From Escherichia coli (lineage in GTDB: Bacteria; Pseudomonadota; Gammaproteobacteria; Enterobacterales; Enterobacteriaceae), in assembly GCF_030013205.1 (NCBI RefSeq), contig NZ_CP122648.1: a stretch of DNA of 64,000 nucleotides; one strand, 5' to 3'. Shown here in pieces: positions 10,386 to 20,668 of the stretch (the first letter of the stretch is position 1; every line of letters starts with the position of its first letter). A program made the position numbers and the translations under genes. The notes under the pieces are model-generated. The model was not told the DNA's origin. It saw only the letters and a program-made list of their open reading frames with translations, and did no database searches.

Positions 10386-11828
10386 TTAACCCAGTTGCCA
10401 GAGTGCTCCATGTTGCAGCACAGCCACTCCGTGGGAGGCATAGAGCGACAGTTCCCGTTCTTCTGGCTGCGGATATATTCGGCTACTCATCACCGCCTCC
10501 CCGTCGTTAATAAATACTTCCACGGATGATGTATCGATAAATATCCTTAGGGCGAGCATGTCACCCTGCGGGAGGGGAATACTACGGTAGCCATCTAAAT
10601 TCTCGTGTGGGTAATACCGCCACAAAACAAGTCGCTCAGATTGGTTATCAATATACAGCCGCATTCCAGTGCCGAGCTGTAATCCGTAATGTTCGGCATC
10701 ACTGTTCTTCAGCGCCCACTGCAACTGAATCTCAACTGCTTGCGCGTTTTCCTGCAAAACATATTTATTGCTGATTGTGCGGGGAGAGATAGATTGATGC
10801 TGCTGGCGTAACGACTCAGCTTCGTGTACCGGGCGTTGTAGAAGTTTGCCATTGCTCTCTGATAGCTCGCGCGCCAGCGTCATGCAGCCTGCCCAGCCTT
10901 CACGTTTTGAGGGCATTGGCGATTCCCACATATCCATCCAGCCGATAACAATACGCCGACCATCCTTCGCTAAAAAGCTTTGTGGTGCATAAAAGTCATG
11001 CCCGTTATCAAGTTCAGTAAAATGCCCGGATTGTGCAAAAAGTCGTCCTGGCGACCACATTCCGGGTATTACGCCACTTTGAAAGCGATTTCGGTAACTG
11101 TATCCCTCGGCATTCATTCCCTGCGGGGAAAACATCAGATAATGCTGATCGCCAAGGCTGAAAAAGTCCGGACATTCCCACATATAGCTTTCACCCGCAT
11201 CAGCGTGGGCCAGTACGCGATCGAAGGTCCATTCACGCAATGAACTGCCGCGATAAAGCAGGATCTGCCCCGTGTTGCCTGGATCTTTCGCCCCGACAAC
11301 CATCCACCATGTGTCGGCTTCACGCCACACTTTAGGATCGCGGAAGTGCATGATTCCTTCTGGTGGAGTGAGGATCACACCCTGTTTCTCGAAATGAATA
11401 CCATCCCGACTGGTAGCCAGACATTGTACTTCGCGAATTGCATCGTCATTACCTGCACCATCGAGCCAGACGTGTCCGGTGTAGATAAGTGAGAGGACAC
11501 CATTGTCATCGACAGCACTACCTGAAAAACACCCGTCTTTGTCATTCTCGTCTCCTGGCGCTAGCGCAATAGGCTCATGCTGCCAGTGGATCATATCGTC
11601 GCTGGTGGCATGTCCCCAGTGCATTGGCCCCCAGTGTTCGCTCATCGGGTGATGTTGATAAAACGCGTGATAACGATCGTTAAACCAGATCAGGCCGTTT
11701 GGATCGTTCATCCACCCGGCAGGAGGCGCGAGGTGAAAATGGGGATAGAAAGTGTTACCTCGGCGCTCGTGAAGTTTTGCTAGTGCGTTTTGCGCCGCAT
11801 GTAATCGAGATTGCGTCATTTTTATCAT
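10386..11828 (-). CDS. cscA: Sucrose-6-phosphate hydrolase / invertase CscA (GH32)
   Basis: GH32 motifs WMNDPNG and FRDP, EC catalytic region; true start may be three codons in (MTQSRL...). Confidence 0.9.
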   Translation of the reverse strand: MIKMTQSRLHAAQNALAKLHERRGNTFYPHFHLAPPAGWMNDPNGLIWFNDRYHAFYQHHPMSEHWGPMHWGHATSDDMIHWQHEPIALAPGDENDKDGCFSGSAVDDNGVLSLIYTGHVWLDGAGNDDAIREVQCLATSRDGIHFEKQGVILTPPEGIMHFRDPKVWREADTWWMVVGAKDPGNTGQILLYRGSSLREWTFDRVLAHADAGESYMWECPDFFSLGDQHYLMFSPQGMNAEGYSYRNRFQSGVIPGMWSPGRLFAQSGHFTELDNGHDFYAPQSFLAKDGRRIVIGWMDMWESPMPSKREGWAGCMTLARELSESNGKLLQRPVHEAESLRQQHQSISPRTISNKYVLQENAQAVEIQLQWALKNSDAEHYGLQLGTGMRLYIDNQSERLVLWRYYPHENLDGYRSIPLPQGDMLALRIFIDTSSVEVFINDGEAVMSSRIYPQPEERELSLYASHGVAVLQHGALWQLG

Positions 11829-12034
11829 CCTGGTTAAGCAAATTTGGTGAATTGTTAACGTTAACTTTTATAAAAATAAAGTCCCTTACTTTCATAAATG
11901 CGATGAATATCACAAATGTTAACGTTAACTATGACGTTTTGTGATCGAATATGCATGTTTTAGTAAATCCATGACGATTTTGCGAAAAAGAGGTTTATCA
12001 CTATGCGTAAGTCAGATGAATTTAAGGGAAAAAA

Positions 12035-12958
12035 ATGTCAGCCAAAGTATGGGTTTTAGGGGATGCGGTCGTAGATCTCTTGCCAGAATCAGACGGGCGG
12101 CTACTGCCTTGTCCTGGCGGCGCGCCAGCTAACGTTGCGGTGGGAATCGCCAGATTAGGCGGAACAAGTGGGTTTATAGGTCGGGTCGGTGATGATCCTT
12201 TTGGTGCGTTAATGCAAAGAACGCTGCTAACTGAGGGTGTCGATATCACGTATCTGAAGCAAGATGAATGGCACCGGACATCCACGGTGCTTGTCGATCT
12301 GAACGATCAAGGAGAACGTTCATTTACGTTTATGGTCCGCCCCAGTGCCGATCTTTTTTTAGAGACGACAGACTTGCCCTGCTGGCGACATGGCGAATGG
12401 TTACATCTCTGTTCAATTGCGTTGTCTGCCGAGCCTTCGCGTACCAGCGCATTTACTGCGATGACGGCGATCCGGCATGCCGGAGGTTTTGTCAGCTTCG
12501 ATCCCAATATTCGTGAAGATCTATGGCAAGACGAGCATTTGTTCCGCTTGTGTTTGCGGCAGGCGCTACAACTGGCGGATGTCGTCAAGCTCTCGGAAGA
12601 AGAATGGCGACTTATCAGTGGAAAAACACAGAACGATCGGGATATATGCGCGCTGGCAAAAGAGTATGAGATCGCCATGCTGTTGGTGACTAAAGGTGCA
12701 GAAGGGGTGGTGGTCTGTTATCGAGGACAAGTTCACCATTTTGCTGGAATGTCTGTGAATTGTGTCGATAGCACTGGGGCGGGAGATGCGTTCGTTGCCG
12801 GGTTACTCACAGGTCTGTCCTCTACGGGATTATCTACAGATGAGAGAGAAATGCGACGAATTATCAATCTCGCTCAACGTTGCGGAGCGCTTGCAGTAAC
12901 AGCGAAAGGGGCAATGACAGCGCTGCCATGTCGACAAGAACTGGAAGGTGAGAAGTAA
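12035..12958 (+). CDS. cscK: Fructokinase CscK (PfkB/ribokinase family)
   Basis: 307-aa ORF with GG and GAGD(A/T) PfkB signatures. Confidence 0.9.
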   Translation: MSAKVWVLGDAVVDLLPESDGRLLPCPGGAPANVAVGIARLGGTSGFIGRVGDDPFGALMQRTLLTEGVDITYLKQDEWHRTSTVLVDLNDQGERSFTFMVRPSADLFLETTDLPCWRHGEWLHLCSIALSAEPSRTSAFTAMTAIRHAGGFVSFDPNIREDLWQDEHLFRLCLRQALQLADVVKLSEEEWRLISGKTQNDRDICALAKEYEIAMLLVTKGAEGVVVCYRGQVHHFAGMSVNCVDSTGAGDAFVAGLLTGLSSTGLSTDEREMRRIINLAQRCGALAVTAKGAMTALPCRQELEGEK

Positions 12959-13019
12959 ACGGCGAGGCCGCTCTTATCTCTAAATAGGACATGAATTTTT
13001 TAACGACAGGCAGGTAATT

Positions 13020-14267
13020 ATGGCACTGAATATTCCATTCAGAAATGCGTACTATCGTTTTGCATCCAGTTACTCATTTCTCTTTTTTATTTCCTGGTCG
13101 CTGTGGTGGTCGTTATACGCTATTTGGCTGAAAGGACATCTAGGATTAACAGGGACGGAATTAGGTACACTTTATTCGGTCAACCAGTTTACCAGCATTC
13201 TATTTATGATGTTCTACGGCATCGTTCAGGATAAACTCGGTCTGAAGAAACCGCTCATCTGGTGTATGAGTTTCATTCTGGTCTTGACCGGACCGTTTAT
13301 GATTTACGTTTATGAACCGTTACTGCAAAGCAATTTTTCTGTAGGTCTAATTCTGGGGGCGCTCTTTTTTGGCCTGGGGTATCTGGCGGGATGCGGTTTG
13401 CTTGACAGCTTCACCGAAAAAATGGCGCGAAATTTTCATTTCGAATATGGAACAGCGCGCGCCTGGGGATCTTTTGGCTATGCTATTGGCGCGTTCTTTG
13501 CCGGTATATTTTTTAGTATCAGTCCCCATATCAACTTCTGGTTGGTCTCGCTATTTGGCGCTGTATTTATGATGATCAACATGCGTTTTAAAGATAAGGA
13601 TCACCAGTGCATAGCGGCGGATGCGGGAGGGGTAAAAAAAGAGGATTTTATCGCAGTTTTCAAGGATCGAAACTTCTGGGTTTTTGTCATATTTATTGTG
13701 GGGACGTGGTCTTTCTATAACATTTTTGATCAACAACTCTTTCCTGTCTTTTATGCAGGTTTATTCGAATCACACGATGTAGGAACGCGCCTGTATGGTT
13801 ATCTCAACTCATTCCAGGTGGTACTCGAAGCGCTGTGCATGGCGATTATTCCTTTCTTTGTGAATCGGGTAGGGCCAAAAAATGCATTACTTATCGGTGT
13901 TGTGATTATGGCGTTGCGTATCCTTTCCTGCGCGTTGTTCGTTAACCCCTGGATTATTTCATTAGTGAAGCTGTTACATGCCATTGAGGTTCCACTTTGT
14001 GTCATATCCGTCTTCAAATACAGCGTGGCAAACTTTGATAAGCGCCTGTCGTCGACGATCTTTCTGATTGGTTTTCAAATTGCCAGTTCGCTTGGGATTG
14101 TGCTGCTTTCAACGCCGACTGGGATACTCTTTGACCACGCAGGCTACCAGACAGTTTTCTTCGCAATTTCGGGTATTGTCTGCCTGATGTTGCTATTTGG
14201 CATTTTCTTCCTGAGTAAAAAACGCGAGCAAATAGTTATGGAAACGCCTGTACCTTCAGCAATATAG
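13020..14267 (+). CDS. cscB: Sucrose:H+ symporter CscB (MFS, LacY-like)
   Basis: 415-aa 12-TM ORF MALNIPFRNAYYRFASSYSFLFFISWSLWWSLYAIW..., oligosaccharide:H+ symporter family. Confidence 0.9.
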   Translation: MALNIPFRNAYYRFASSYSFLFFISWSLWWSLYAIWLKGHLGLTGTELGTLYSVNQFTSILFMMFYGIVQDKLGLKKPLIWCMSFILVLTGPFMIYVYEPLLQSNFSVGLILGALFFGLGYLAGCGLLDSFTEKMARNFHFEYGTARAWGSFGYAIGAFFAGIFFSISPHINFWLVSLFGAVFMMINMRFKDKDHQCIAADAGGVKKEDFIAVFKDRNFWVFVIFIVGTWSFYNIFDQQLFPVFYAGLFESHDVGTRLYGYLNSFQVVLEALCMAIIPFFVNRVGPKNALLIGVVIMALRILSCALFVNPWIISLVKLLHAIEVPLCVISVFKYSVANFDKRLSSTIFLIGFQIASSLGIVLLSTPTGILFDHAGYQTVFFAISGIVCLMLLFGIFFLSKKREQIVMETPVPSAI

Positions 14268-14708
14268 ACGTAAACTTTTTCCGGTTGTTGTCGATATTTC
14301 CATATCCCTCAACCGGAAAATAATAATACAAAAATGCTTAGCCCAACTAATAATCACCTAATCCAAACGCCTCATTCATGTTCTGGTACAGTCGCTCAAA
14401 TGTACTCCGGATACGCGGTTCGCTGATTTCCAGGACATTGTCGTCATTCAGCGACCTGTCCCGAGTATCACGGGCCTGCGAATTCATCAAGGAATGCATT
14501 GCAGAGTGAAGTATCGAGTCACGCCATATTTCGCTATCAGGATTCTGTATGATGGTTACATCGCCCGGCCCAGGGCTGTTTAGTCATCAGCGCTTTCTGA
14601 CAGTGCTGAGATTTCAACCTGTTGCAGTAAAAATGAGTAGATATAGGGCAAGTGTGCTGCCAAACCCATCTTTTACGGGGTGAAGGTAGATATTGTTAGA
14701 AGGGTATC

Positions 14709-14723
14709 TGGTGTCCCCTGCAG
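14709..14723. repeat. argW-derived att core fragment (matches the 3'-terminal 15 nt of argW)
   Basis: TGGTGTCCCCTGCAG is identical to the first 15 nt of the argW gene as read on the + strand at 40640-40654. Confidence 0.7.
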
Positions 14724-14796
14724 ACATCTACTTGAAGCGGCAGGGGATTGATTGGAATGGTGTTTTTTAGGTGTGAGAAATATTTTACCCGCTATT

Positions 14797-14997
14797 TTAC
14801 CCATTGGCGCGGCTTAAGAGCTTATTTTTGAATTCACAATGGTCACGATATAACCATCTTGCTCGCCCGTGGATAACTTTGGCTTTTGGCAGGTCGCCGG
14901 ACTTAATCCGGTCGTAGATGAAGGTTTTACCAAAGCCAGTATCAGCCATGATGAATTTCAAATCAACCAGGGAATCAGGCTGTAGTTCGTGTTGCAT
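14797..14997 (-). CDS. Excisionase / AlpA-family small HTH DNA-binding protein
   Basis: 66-aa ORF ...FIMADTGFGKTFIYDRIKSGDLPKAKVIHGRARWLYRD... fits the Xis/AlpA HTH pattern; sits between two att-core fragments. Confidence 0.6.
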   Translation of the reverse strand: MQHELQPDSLVDLKFIMADTGFGKTFIYDRIKSGDLPKAKVIHGRARWLYRDHCEFKNKLLSRANG

Positions 14998-15016
14998 GAG
15001 TGCTATCTCCGAATAG

Positions 15017-15032
15017 GGAATCGAACCTGCAA
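15017..15032. repeat. Second argW-derived fragment (matches the next 16 nt of the tRNA 3' region)
   Basis: GGAATCGAACCTGCAA is identical to argW 40654-40669; together with 14709-14723 it covers 30 nt of the tRNA 3' end, but the two halves are separated by 293 bp. Confidence 0.6.
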
Positions 15033-15107
15033 ATCAGGCAAGAAAAAACCGCCATCAGGCGGTTTGGTGTTCTTTCAGTTCTTCAATTCGAATATTGGTT
15101 ACGTCTG

Positions 15108-15327
15108 CATGCGCTATCTGCGCCCATATCATCCAGTGGTTATAGCAGTCGTTGATGTCCTCTGCTTCGATAAGGAGAAGAAATTCCCAATTACTCAAGA
15201 GCTATACGAGCGACTGGAAAGCGTCATCCATGATTACGATGGTGAAATCAGTTTATGCGAGGCGATTGGCACACTTGAATTGCTGAAGCAGTCATTGATT
15301 GAAGGCGCGAAAGAGTCCTTAGCCTGA
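15108..15327 (+). CDS. Hypothetical small phage protein upstream of the terS remnant
   Basis: Open frame ending ...ITQELYERLESVIHDYDGEISLCEAIGTLELLKQSLIEGAKESLA; start chosen at the first ATG, uncertain. Confidence 0.3.
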
Positions 15328-15344
15328 AATAACAACTAAGTGAG

Positions 15345-15555
15345 ATGAATATGGCAGCACCAAAGGGCAACCGATTTTGGGAGGCCCGCAGTAGTCATGG
15401 GCGAAATCCTAAATTCGAATCGCCTGAGGCGCTGTGGGCTGCTTGTTGTGAATACTTCGAGTGGGTAGAAGCTAACCCGCTATGGGAGATGAAGGCATTC
15501 TCGTATCAGGGTGAAGTGATACAAGAGCCTATCGCCAAGATGCGAGCGATGACCA
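15345..15555 (+). pseudogene. Small terminase subunit (P22 gp3-like), N-terminal about 70 codons only
   Basis: [71 protein letters not shown] matches the P22 gp3 N-terminus as I recall it; the rest of the 157-aa ORF is out-of-context read-through overlapping the next gene. Confidence 0.7.
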
Positions 15556-15657
15556 TTATCCAAACCGTATGCCTGTTGGTAGCGGTAATCAGTTGGCGAA
15601 GTGGAACGGTTGGAGTTACTTCCAGCGAAAGGAACCTTGCGATAACGGGAGCGAATA

Positions 15658-17076
15658 ATGCCGATTCAGCAACTTCCGCTCATGAAAGGTGTCGGAAAAG
15701 ACTTCCGAAACGCCGACTATATCGACTATCTGCCAGTGAATATGTTGGCTACACCCAAAGAAATCCTGAACAGCAGCGGATATCTTCGCTCATTCCCGGG
15801 CATTGCCAAACGTTCTGATGTGAACGGCGTATCGCGCGGAGTTGAGTACAACATGGCGCAGAGTGCTGTTTATCGCGTGTGTGGCGGCAAGCTGTACAAA
15901 GGAGAAAGTGAGGTCGGTGACGTCGCAGGAAGTGGTCGCGTATCAATGGCGCATGGTCGGACATCACAGGCGGTAGGCGTTAATGGTCAACTGGTCGAGT
16001 ATCGTTATGATGGCGCGGTCAAAACCGTCTCAAACTGGCCTACAGACAGCGGATTCACGCAGTATGAGTTAGGTTCTGTTCGTGACATTACGCGCTTACG
16101 TGGGCGTTATGCGTGGTCAAAAGACGGAACTGATTCATGGTTTATCACTGACCTTGAAGACGAATCGCATCCTGACCGTTACAGCGCACAATATCGTGCC
16201 GAGTCGCAGCCTGACGGCATCATCGGCATCGGAACATGGCGAGACTTCATCGTCTGCTTTGGTTCATCGACGATTGAATATTTCTCCCTGACTGGTGCAA
16301 CCACCGTTGGTGCCGCTTTGTATGTTGCACAGCCATCACTGATGGTGCAGAAAGGTATTGCTGGGACTTACTGCAAAACGCCATTCGCTGATTCTTATGC
16401 GTTCATCAGCAATCCGGCAACAGGTGCGCCGTCTGTATACATCATCGGCTCCGGTCAGGTGTCACCAATCGCCAGCGCGAGCATTGAGAAAATCCTCCGC
16501 TCCTACACTGCTGATGAACTGGCTGATGGCGTGATGGAATCGCTGCGGTTTGATGCGCATGAGTTGCTGATTATCCATCTTCCGCGCCATGTCCTCGTGT
16601 ACGACGCATCTTCAAGCGCCAATGGTCCGCAATGGTGTGTGCTGAAAACAGGCCTGTATGACCATGTGTACCGCGCTATTGACTTCATTTACGAAGGCAA
16701 TCAGATAACGTGCGGCGATAAGCTGGAGTCTGTTACCGGGAAATTGCAGTTCGATATATCTTCACAATACGAAAAACAACAAGAGCATATTTTATATTCC
16801 CCTCTAATAAAGGCAGATAACGCTTTAATAAATGACCTTGAATTAGAAACATCTGGCGGCGTGTGTGATAGAATAGATAAAATATTTATATCAGCCACTA
16901 CAGATGGAATTAGTTACGGTCGTGAGCAAATGGTCGTATTACAAAAACCATTTGTATATGAAAATCGCGTTTTATGGCGAAAGGTTGGTCGAGTTAGACG
17001 CCTCATTGGATTTAAATTCAGAGTTATTGCAAAAGGTCCTGTCACATTATCAGGCCTTTCTATTCGTGTAACATAA
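15658..17076 (+). CDS. P22 gp10-like packaged-DNA stabilization / head completion protein
   Basis: 472-aa [52 protein letters not shown]..., same length and near-identical N-terminal region as P22 gp10 from memory. Confidence 0.85.
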   Translation: MPIQQLPLMKGVGKDFRNADYIDYLPVNMLATPKEILNSSGYLRSFPGIAKRSDVNGVSRGVEYNMAQSAVYRVCGGKLYKGESEVGDVAGSGRVSMAHGRTSQAVGVNGQLVEYRYDGAVKTVSNWPTDSGFTQYELGSVRDITRLRGRYAWSKDGTDSWFITDLEDESHPDRYSAQYRAESQPDGIIGIGTWRDFIVCFGSSTIEYFSLTGATTVGAALYVAQPSLMVQKGIAGTYCKTPFADSYAFISNPATGAPSVYIIGSGQVSPIASASIEKILRSYTADELADGVMESLRFDAHELLIIHLPRHVLVYDASSSANGPQWCVLKTGLYDHVYRAIDFIYEGNQITCGDKLESVTGKLQFDISSQYEKQQEHILYSPLIKADNALINDLELETSGGVCDRIDKIFISATTDGISYGREQMVVLQKPFVYENRVLWRKVGRVRRLIGFKFRVIAKGPVTLSGLSIRVT

Positions 17077-17097
17077 ATCGAAACTCAAGGAGTAGAT

Positions 17098-17631
17098 ATG
17101 TTAAGTGAAAACGCAAAAGATATCGAAGGATATGAAGGACTGTACGCCATCACTAATGATGGTAGAGTTTACTCGCATTCAAGAGTAAATTTGAGGGGAC
17201 GTCTTATTAAGGGTAGGTGGCTGAAGCATAATCATAACGTAAATGGATATAAGTATGTGTGTTTATATAAGGATGGCGTAAAAAAGAACATACTAATACA
17301 TAAGCTTGTTGCATCTCACTTTGTTGGTGGATTTGCTGAAGGGTTACAGGTAAATCATATAGATGGTGATAAATATAATAATAACTATCTAAATCTTGAA
17401 TGGGTTACTCCATCAGGAAACATCTCACACTCATATGGATTGGAGTCGAGAGGTAATGTAAAAGGAGAAAGGAATGGTAATTCTAAAATATCTAATGATG
17501 ATGTCATAAAGATAAAAGAAATGGTTGCCAATGGATTTCCTCAGTGTGAAGTTGCTAAATTATTTGGAATTCACAATTCAAAGGTTAGTAGAATTGTAAA
17601 TGGCAAGGCATGGAGGCATGTTAATGGCTGA
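17098..17631 (+). CDS. HNH homing endonuclease (HNH + AP2/NUMOD-like DNA-binding region)
   Basis: 177-aa ORF with [17 protein letters not shown] and HKLVASHFV...[11 protein letters not shown] (HNH) motifs; free-standing between gp10 and the tail needle gene. Confidence 0.8.
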   Translation: MLSENAKDIEGYEGLYAITNDGRVYSHSRVNLRGRLIKGRWLKHNHNVNGYKYVCLYKDGVKKNILIHKLVASHFVGGFAEGLQVNHIDGDKYNNNYLNLEWVTPSGNISHSYGLESRGNVKGERNGNSKISNDDVIKIKEMVANGFPQCEVAKLFGIHNSKVSRIVNGKAWRHVNG

Positions 17632-18055
17632 TTCGAATCTCAACACCCCTGTTATTGTGCAGGCTACGCGGCTCGATACATCAATACTTCCACGCAATAT
17701 CTTCTCGCAGTCGTATCTGCTTTACGTTATCGCACAGGGCACTGATGTTGGTAACGTGGCTAACAAGGCCAACGAGGCCGGACAGGGCGCTTATGATGCA
17801 CAGGTCAGGAACGATGAGCAGGATGTGATTCTGGTCGATCATGAAGAAAGAATTCGTCAGCTCCGCATTGAAGTAGATGACCATGAAATCCGTATTGCTG
17901 CGAATACTGCGGCAATTGCAGCGCTGGATGTCAGACTAACCACGGCTGAAGGAGAAATAGTCACCTTACAGGCTGACGTCAGCGCTCTTGATGGCCGGGT
18001 TCCCGAGAAATACAAAGAGCAGAATTACAAGAAAAGGCTCTGGACAGACAGATAG
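17624..18055 (+). CDS. Tail needle protein (P22 gp26-like), N-terminal domain conserved, short divergent C-terminus
   Basis: [43 protein letters not shown]...[48 protein letters not shown] matches the gp26 N-terminal coiled coil; only 143 aa versus about 233 in P22. Confidence 0.7.
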   Translation: MADSNLNTPVIVQATRLDTSILPRNIFSQSYLLYVIAQGTDVGNVANKANEAGQGAYDAQVRNDEQDVILVDHEERIRQLRIEVDDHEIRIAANTAAIAALDVRLTTAEGEIVTLQADVSALDGRVPEKYKEQNYKKRLWTDR

Positions 18056-18582
18056 CCAGAGAAAGCAATCAGTTAAAGCTCGAAGAGCTAAAACAGAAAC
18101 AGGCAGATGTTCGGCAAAAGGCTGACATAGCCCGCGCTGACAGGCAGGCCGCCGCTCAGGGTGCGGTTGATACGTTCAGCACCGCGCTTGATTCTCTCAA
18201 CGAGACAGAGCAAAGCCCCGGCCTTTCAAAAGCAGTAGGAATTCGCTCAGCGTTTCCGACAGTTCCTGGCTCTGATGCGGCTAACTTTGAAGCAAGACTC
18301 GACACCTTTAAAGCTCAAACTTTCCTCCCTATGGTGCAGTCCCTGAAGGGGATGGGGGCTCTTTCAGATGCTGAGGGTAAAAAATTATCTGATGCGGTTG
18401 GTGCTCTAAGTCCCAAAATGAGTGAAAAGGCTTTTCGTGACTCTATCGGAAAGATTCGAAATCAGCTTGAAAGCAAGTTGAGCACTGTTAAAAAACAGTT
18501 TGATTATCAGGAGCCAGTACAGAATACGCCAGGGCAACAATCTACTACTGGCAGTAACTTTTCTTCACTATGGGGTGATTAA
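17986..18582 (+). pseudogene. Start-less coiled-coil ORF fragment (possible 3' part of a tail needle or ejection gene after a deletion or frameshift)
   Basis: Frame open from 17986 with no ATG until 18331; encodes ...LKLEELKQKQADVRQKADIARADRQAAAQGAVDTFSTALDSL...; stop overlaps the start of the next gene (ATGA at 18579-18582). Confidence 0.3.
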
Positions 18583-20579
18583 TGGCTAAAGCATGGAAAG
18601 ATGTTATCGCCTCTCCACAGTATCAGGCGTTAGCACCAGAACAAAAAGCGCAGGCTCAGGAGCAATACTTCAATGAAGTCGTTGCCCCGCAAGCCGGAGA
18701 AAATGCAGAGCAGGCTAAGCAAGCTTTCTATGCTGCCTATCCATTGCCATATGTGCAGCAAGTGGAGACACAGCAACCAGTAGCACAGCAACAACCACAG
18801 CAAAGTGGATTTATGTCTGATCTTGGCGAAGCAGTAAAAGAGACTGGTCGCGGACTGGTGCAGGCTGGCGTGAACGTGGCAAACATACCTGCATCAGTTG
18901 CCGATGCTGTAACAAGCGCGGCGGCTTGGGCTGGCGGTAAACTCGGCATTGGCGATGGTACATATCAACCAGCGCCACGTGTAACAACGCAGGGATTAGA
19001 GCAGGACTTTGGCCTTCAGCAAGGCGCGCTGACTCCACAAACGACAGAGGGAAGGGTATTTGCTGAAGCATTGCCTTACCTCACTCCTGCTGGCGTTGAG
19101 AGAGCGGCAGCACAGGCACCAACACTTGCTGGTCGAATTGCTCATGGGGCAACTCGCCTTCTAGCAGAAAACGCAGTTGGATCACTTGCTGCAAATAGTG
19201 CGAAAGATGATGCGGAAGCACTCGCCACCGATTTGGGCGTTGGTGTGCTGGCTGGCGGTGCTATTAACGCTGCCGGACGTGGATTAGGTGCTGCTTATCG
19301 TGGAGTTCGTGGTGCTATTGCGCCAGAAGCGCAGCAAGCTATCAGATTTGCAGAGCGTGAAGGAGTGCCTCTGCACACCACAGACATGTTACAGCCTACT
19401 TCCCGCGTCGGAAAAATGGCGCAAACGACAGCAGAAAATATCCCCCTGGCGGGCACAAGCGGAATGAGAGCAACGCAACAGGAAGCGAGAAGCCAGTTGG
19501 TTCAGAGATTTGCTGATAAATTCGGTGAGTATGATCCAGCGGTTGTTATTGACAGCCTTAAAGCGAAAACATCAGGAATTCGTCGCGCTGCAGGAAATCG
19601 ACTGGAGCAGGTTCAGAATGCTATGGCGGGAATAAACATTCAGCCTGCAAGAGCAATTCAGCAGATTGATACAGAAATATCTAACCTGCAGAAGCTTGGT
19701 AAGGTTGCTGATAACGAGACTATTTCAAAACTTCAGTCCTATCGTGATGAGCTTGTTCGCAATGCTGGTCCTGATGGTCCGGTAAATCTGGATTTGAAGC
19801 AATTAAGCGATCTGCGCAGCCAGTTCAGAATGGACGTGAAGGGTGAGCGACCAGTGTTACCAAACCGTTCCGATGCTGCAATTCAGCGCGTTTACAAGGC
19901 AATGACCGACGATATCAATGGTGCCATTGGTCAGAATCTTGGCAACGATACTCTCCGTAAATATCAGCAGGCCAATGCCGTCTACGCTGACGAAGCCGCG
20001 AAACTAAAGAATACCAGGCTGAAGAATGTTCTCATGAAAGGCGATCTGACGCCGGAAGTTGTCAACAACATGCTATTCAGCAAGAACAAATCGGAAATTA
20101 AGACGCTGTATAACTCAGTTGGTCGTGTTGGCAGGGCGCAAATGCGCAATGGCATCATTGGAAAGGCGATGGAGAAATCTGGCGGATCCCCTGACCAGTT
20201 CCTTCGGCAGCTTAACATCCTGCAAAACCAGACTGGCATCACATTTAAGGGGCAGGACGCTGCTTATCTGAAAGGATTAAAAAACTACCTGCAATCTACG
20301 CAGCAGGCTGCAAAAGCGGCAGTAACAACACCCACAGGGCAGCAAACTATCCCGTTCATTATTGGGTATGGGACGGCAATGAACCCTGCGACAACTGGCG
20401 CAGCAGTAAGCTACGGACTTCTTACTCGCGCCTATGAGAGCGAGCCATTCAGAAATGCAATGCTCAGAATGGCAAACACCCCACGCGGATCAACAGCGTT
20501 TGAGAAAGCCATGCAGCAGGCACAAAAGGCAATTAACGCTCTGACGCAGGGGGCTAAGTCTGATGCGTTGTCAGAATAG
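18582..20579 (+). CDS. Putative phage DNA-transfer (ejection/injection) protein
   Basis: 665-aa Ala/Gln/Gly-rich protein in the position of the P22 ejection-protein genes (after the tail needle, before mnt); assignment is positional and compositional. Confidence 0.5.
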   Translation: MAKAWKDVIASPQYQALAPEQKAQAQEQYFNEVVAPQAGENAEQAKQAFYAAYPLPYVQQVETQQPVAQQQPQQSGFMSDLGEAVKETGRGLVQAGVNVANIPASVADAVTSAAAWAGGKLGIGDGTYQPAPRVTTQGLEQDFGLQQGALTPQTTEGRVFAEALPYLTPAGVERAAAQAPTLAGRIAHGATRLLAENAVGSLAANSAKDDAEALATDLGVGVLAGGAINAAGRGLGAAYRGVRGAIAPEAQQAIRFAEREGVPLHTTDMLQPTSRVGKMAQTTAENIPLAGTSGMRATQQEARSQLVQRFADKFGEYDPAVVIDSLKAKTSGIRRAAGNRLEQVQNAMAGINIQPARAIQQIDTEISNLQKLGKVADNETISKLQSYRDELVRNAGPDGPVNLDLKQLSDLRSQFRMDVKGERPVLPNRSDAAIQRVYKAMTDDINGAIGQNLGNDTLRKYQQANAVYADEAAKLKNTRLKNVLMKGDLTPEVVNNMLFSKNKSEIKTLYNSVGRVGRAQMRNGIIGKAMEKSGGSPDQFLRQLNILQNQTGITFKGQDAAYLKGLKNYLQSTQQAAKAAVTTPTGQQTIPFIIGYGTAMNPATTGAAVSYGLLTRAYESEPFRNAMLRMANTPRGSTAFEKAMQQAQKAINALTQGAKSDALSE

Positions 20580-20668
20580 CTTTTCAAACACCAGGAACGT
20601 GCAAAAACCAAATATGTAGAATGCAATATTCATCATATCTCTGTGCATAAATCCTCCGTAACGGATGG

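Noticed and set aside
14277-14325. Possible terminator hairpin after cscB
   Set aside because: Stem is separated by a 22-nt loop and is not followed by a T-run; too weak to call.
15345-15818. Full 157-aa ORF called as an intact small terminase
   Set aside because: Only the first roughly 70 residues match the terS family; the remainder is read-through across a deletion junction and overlaps gp10.
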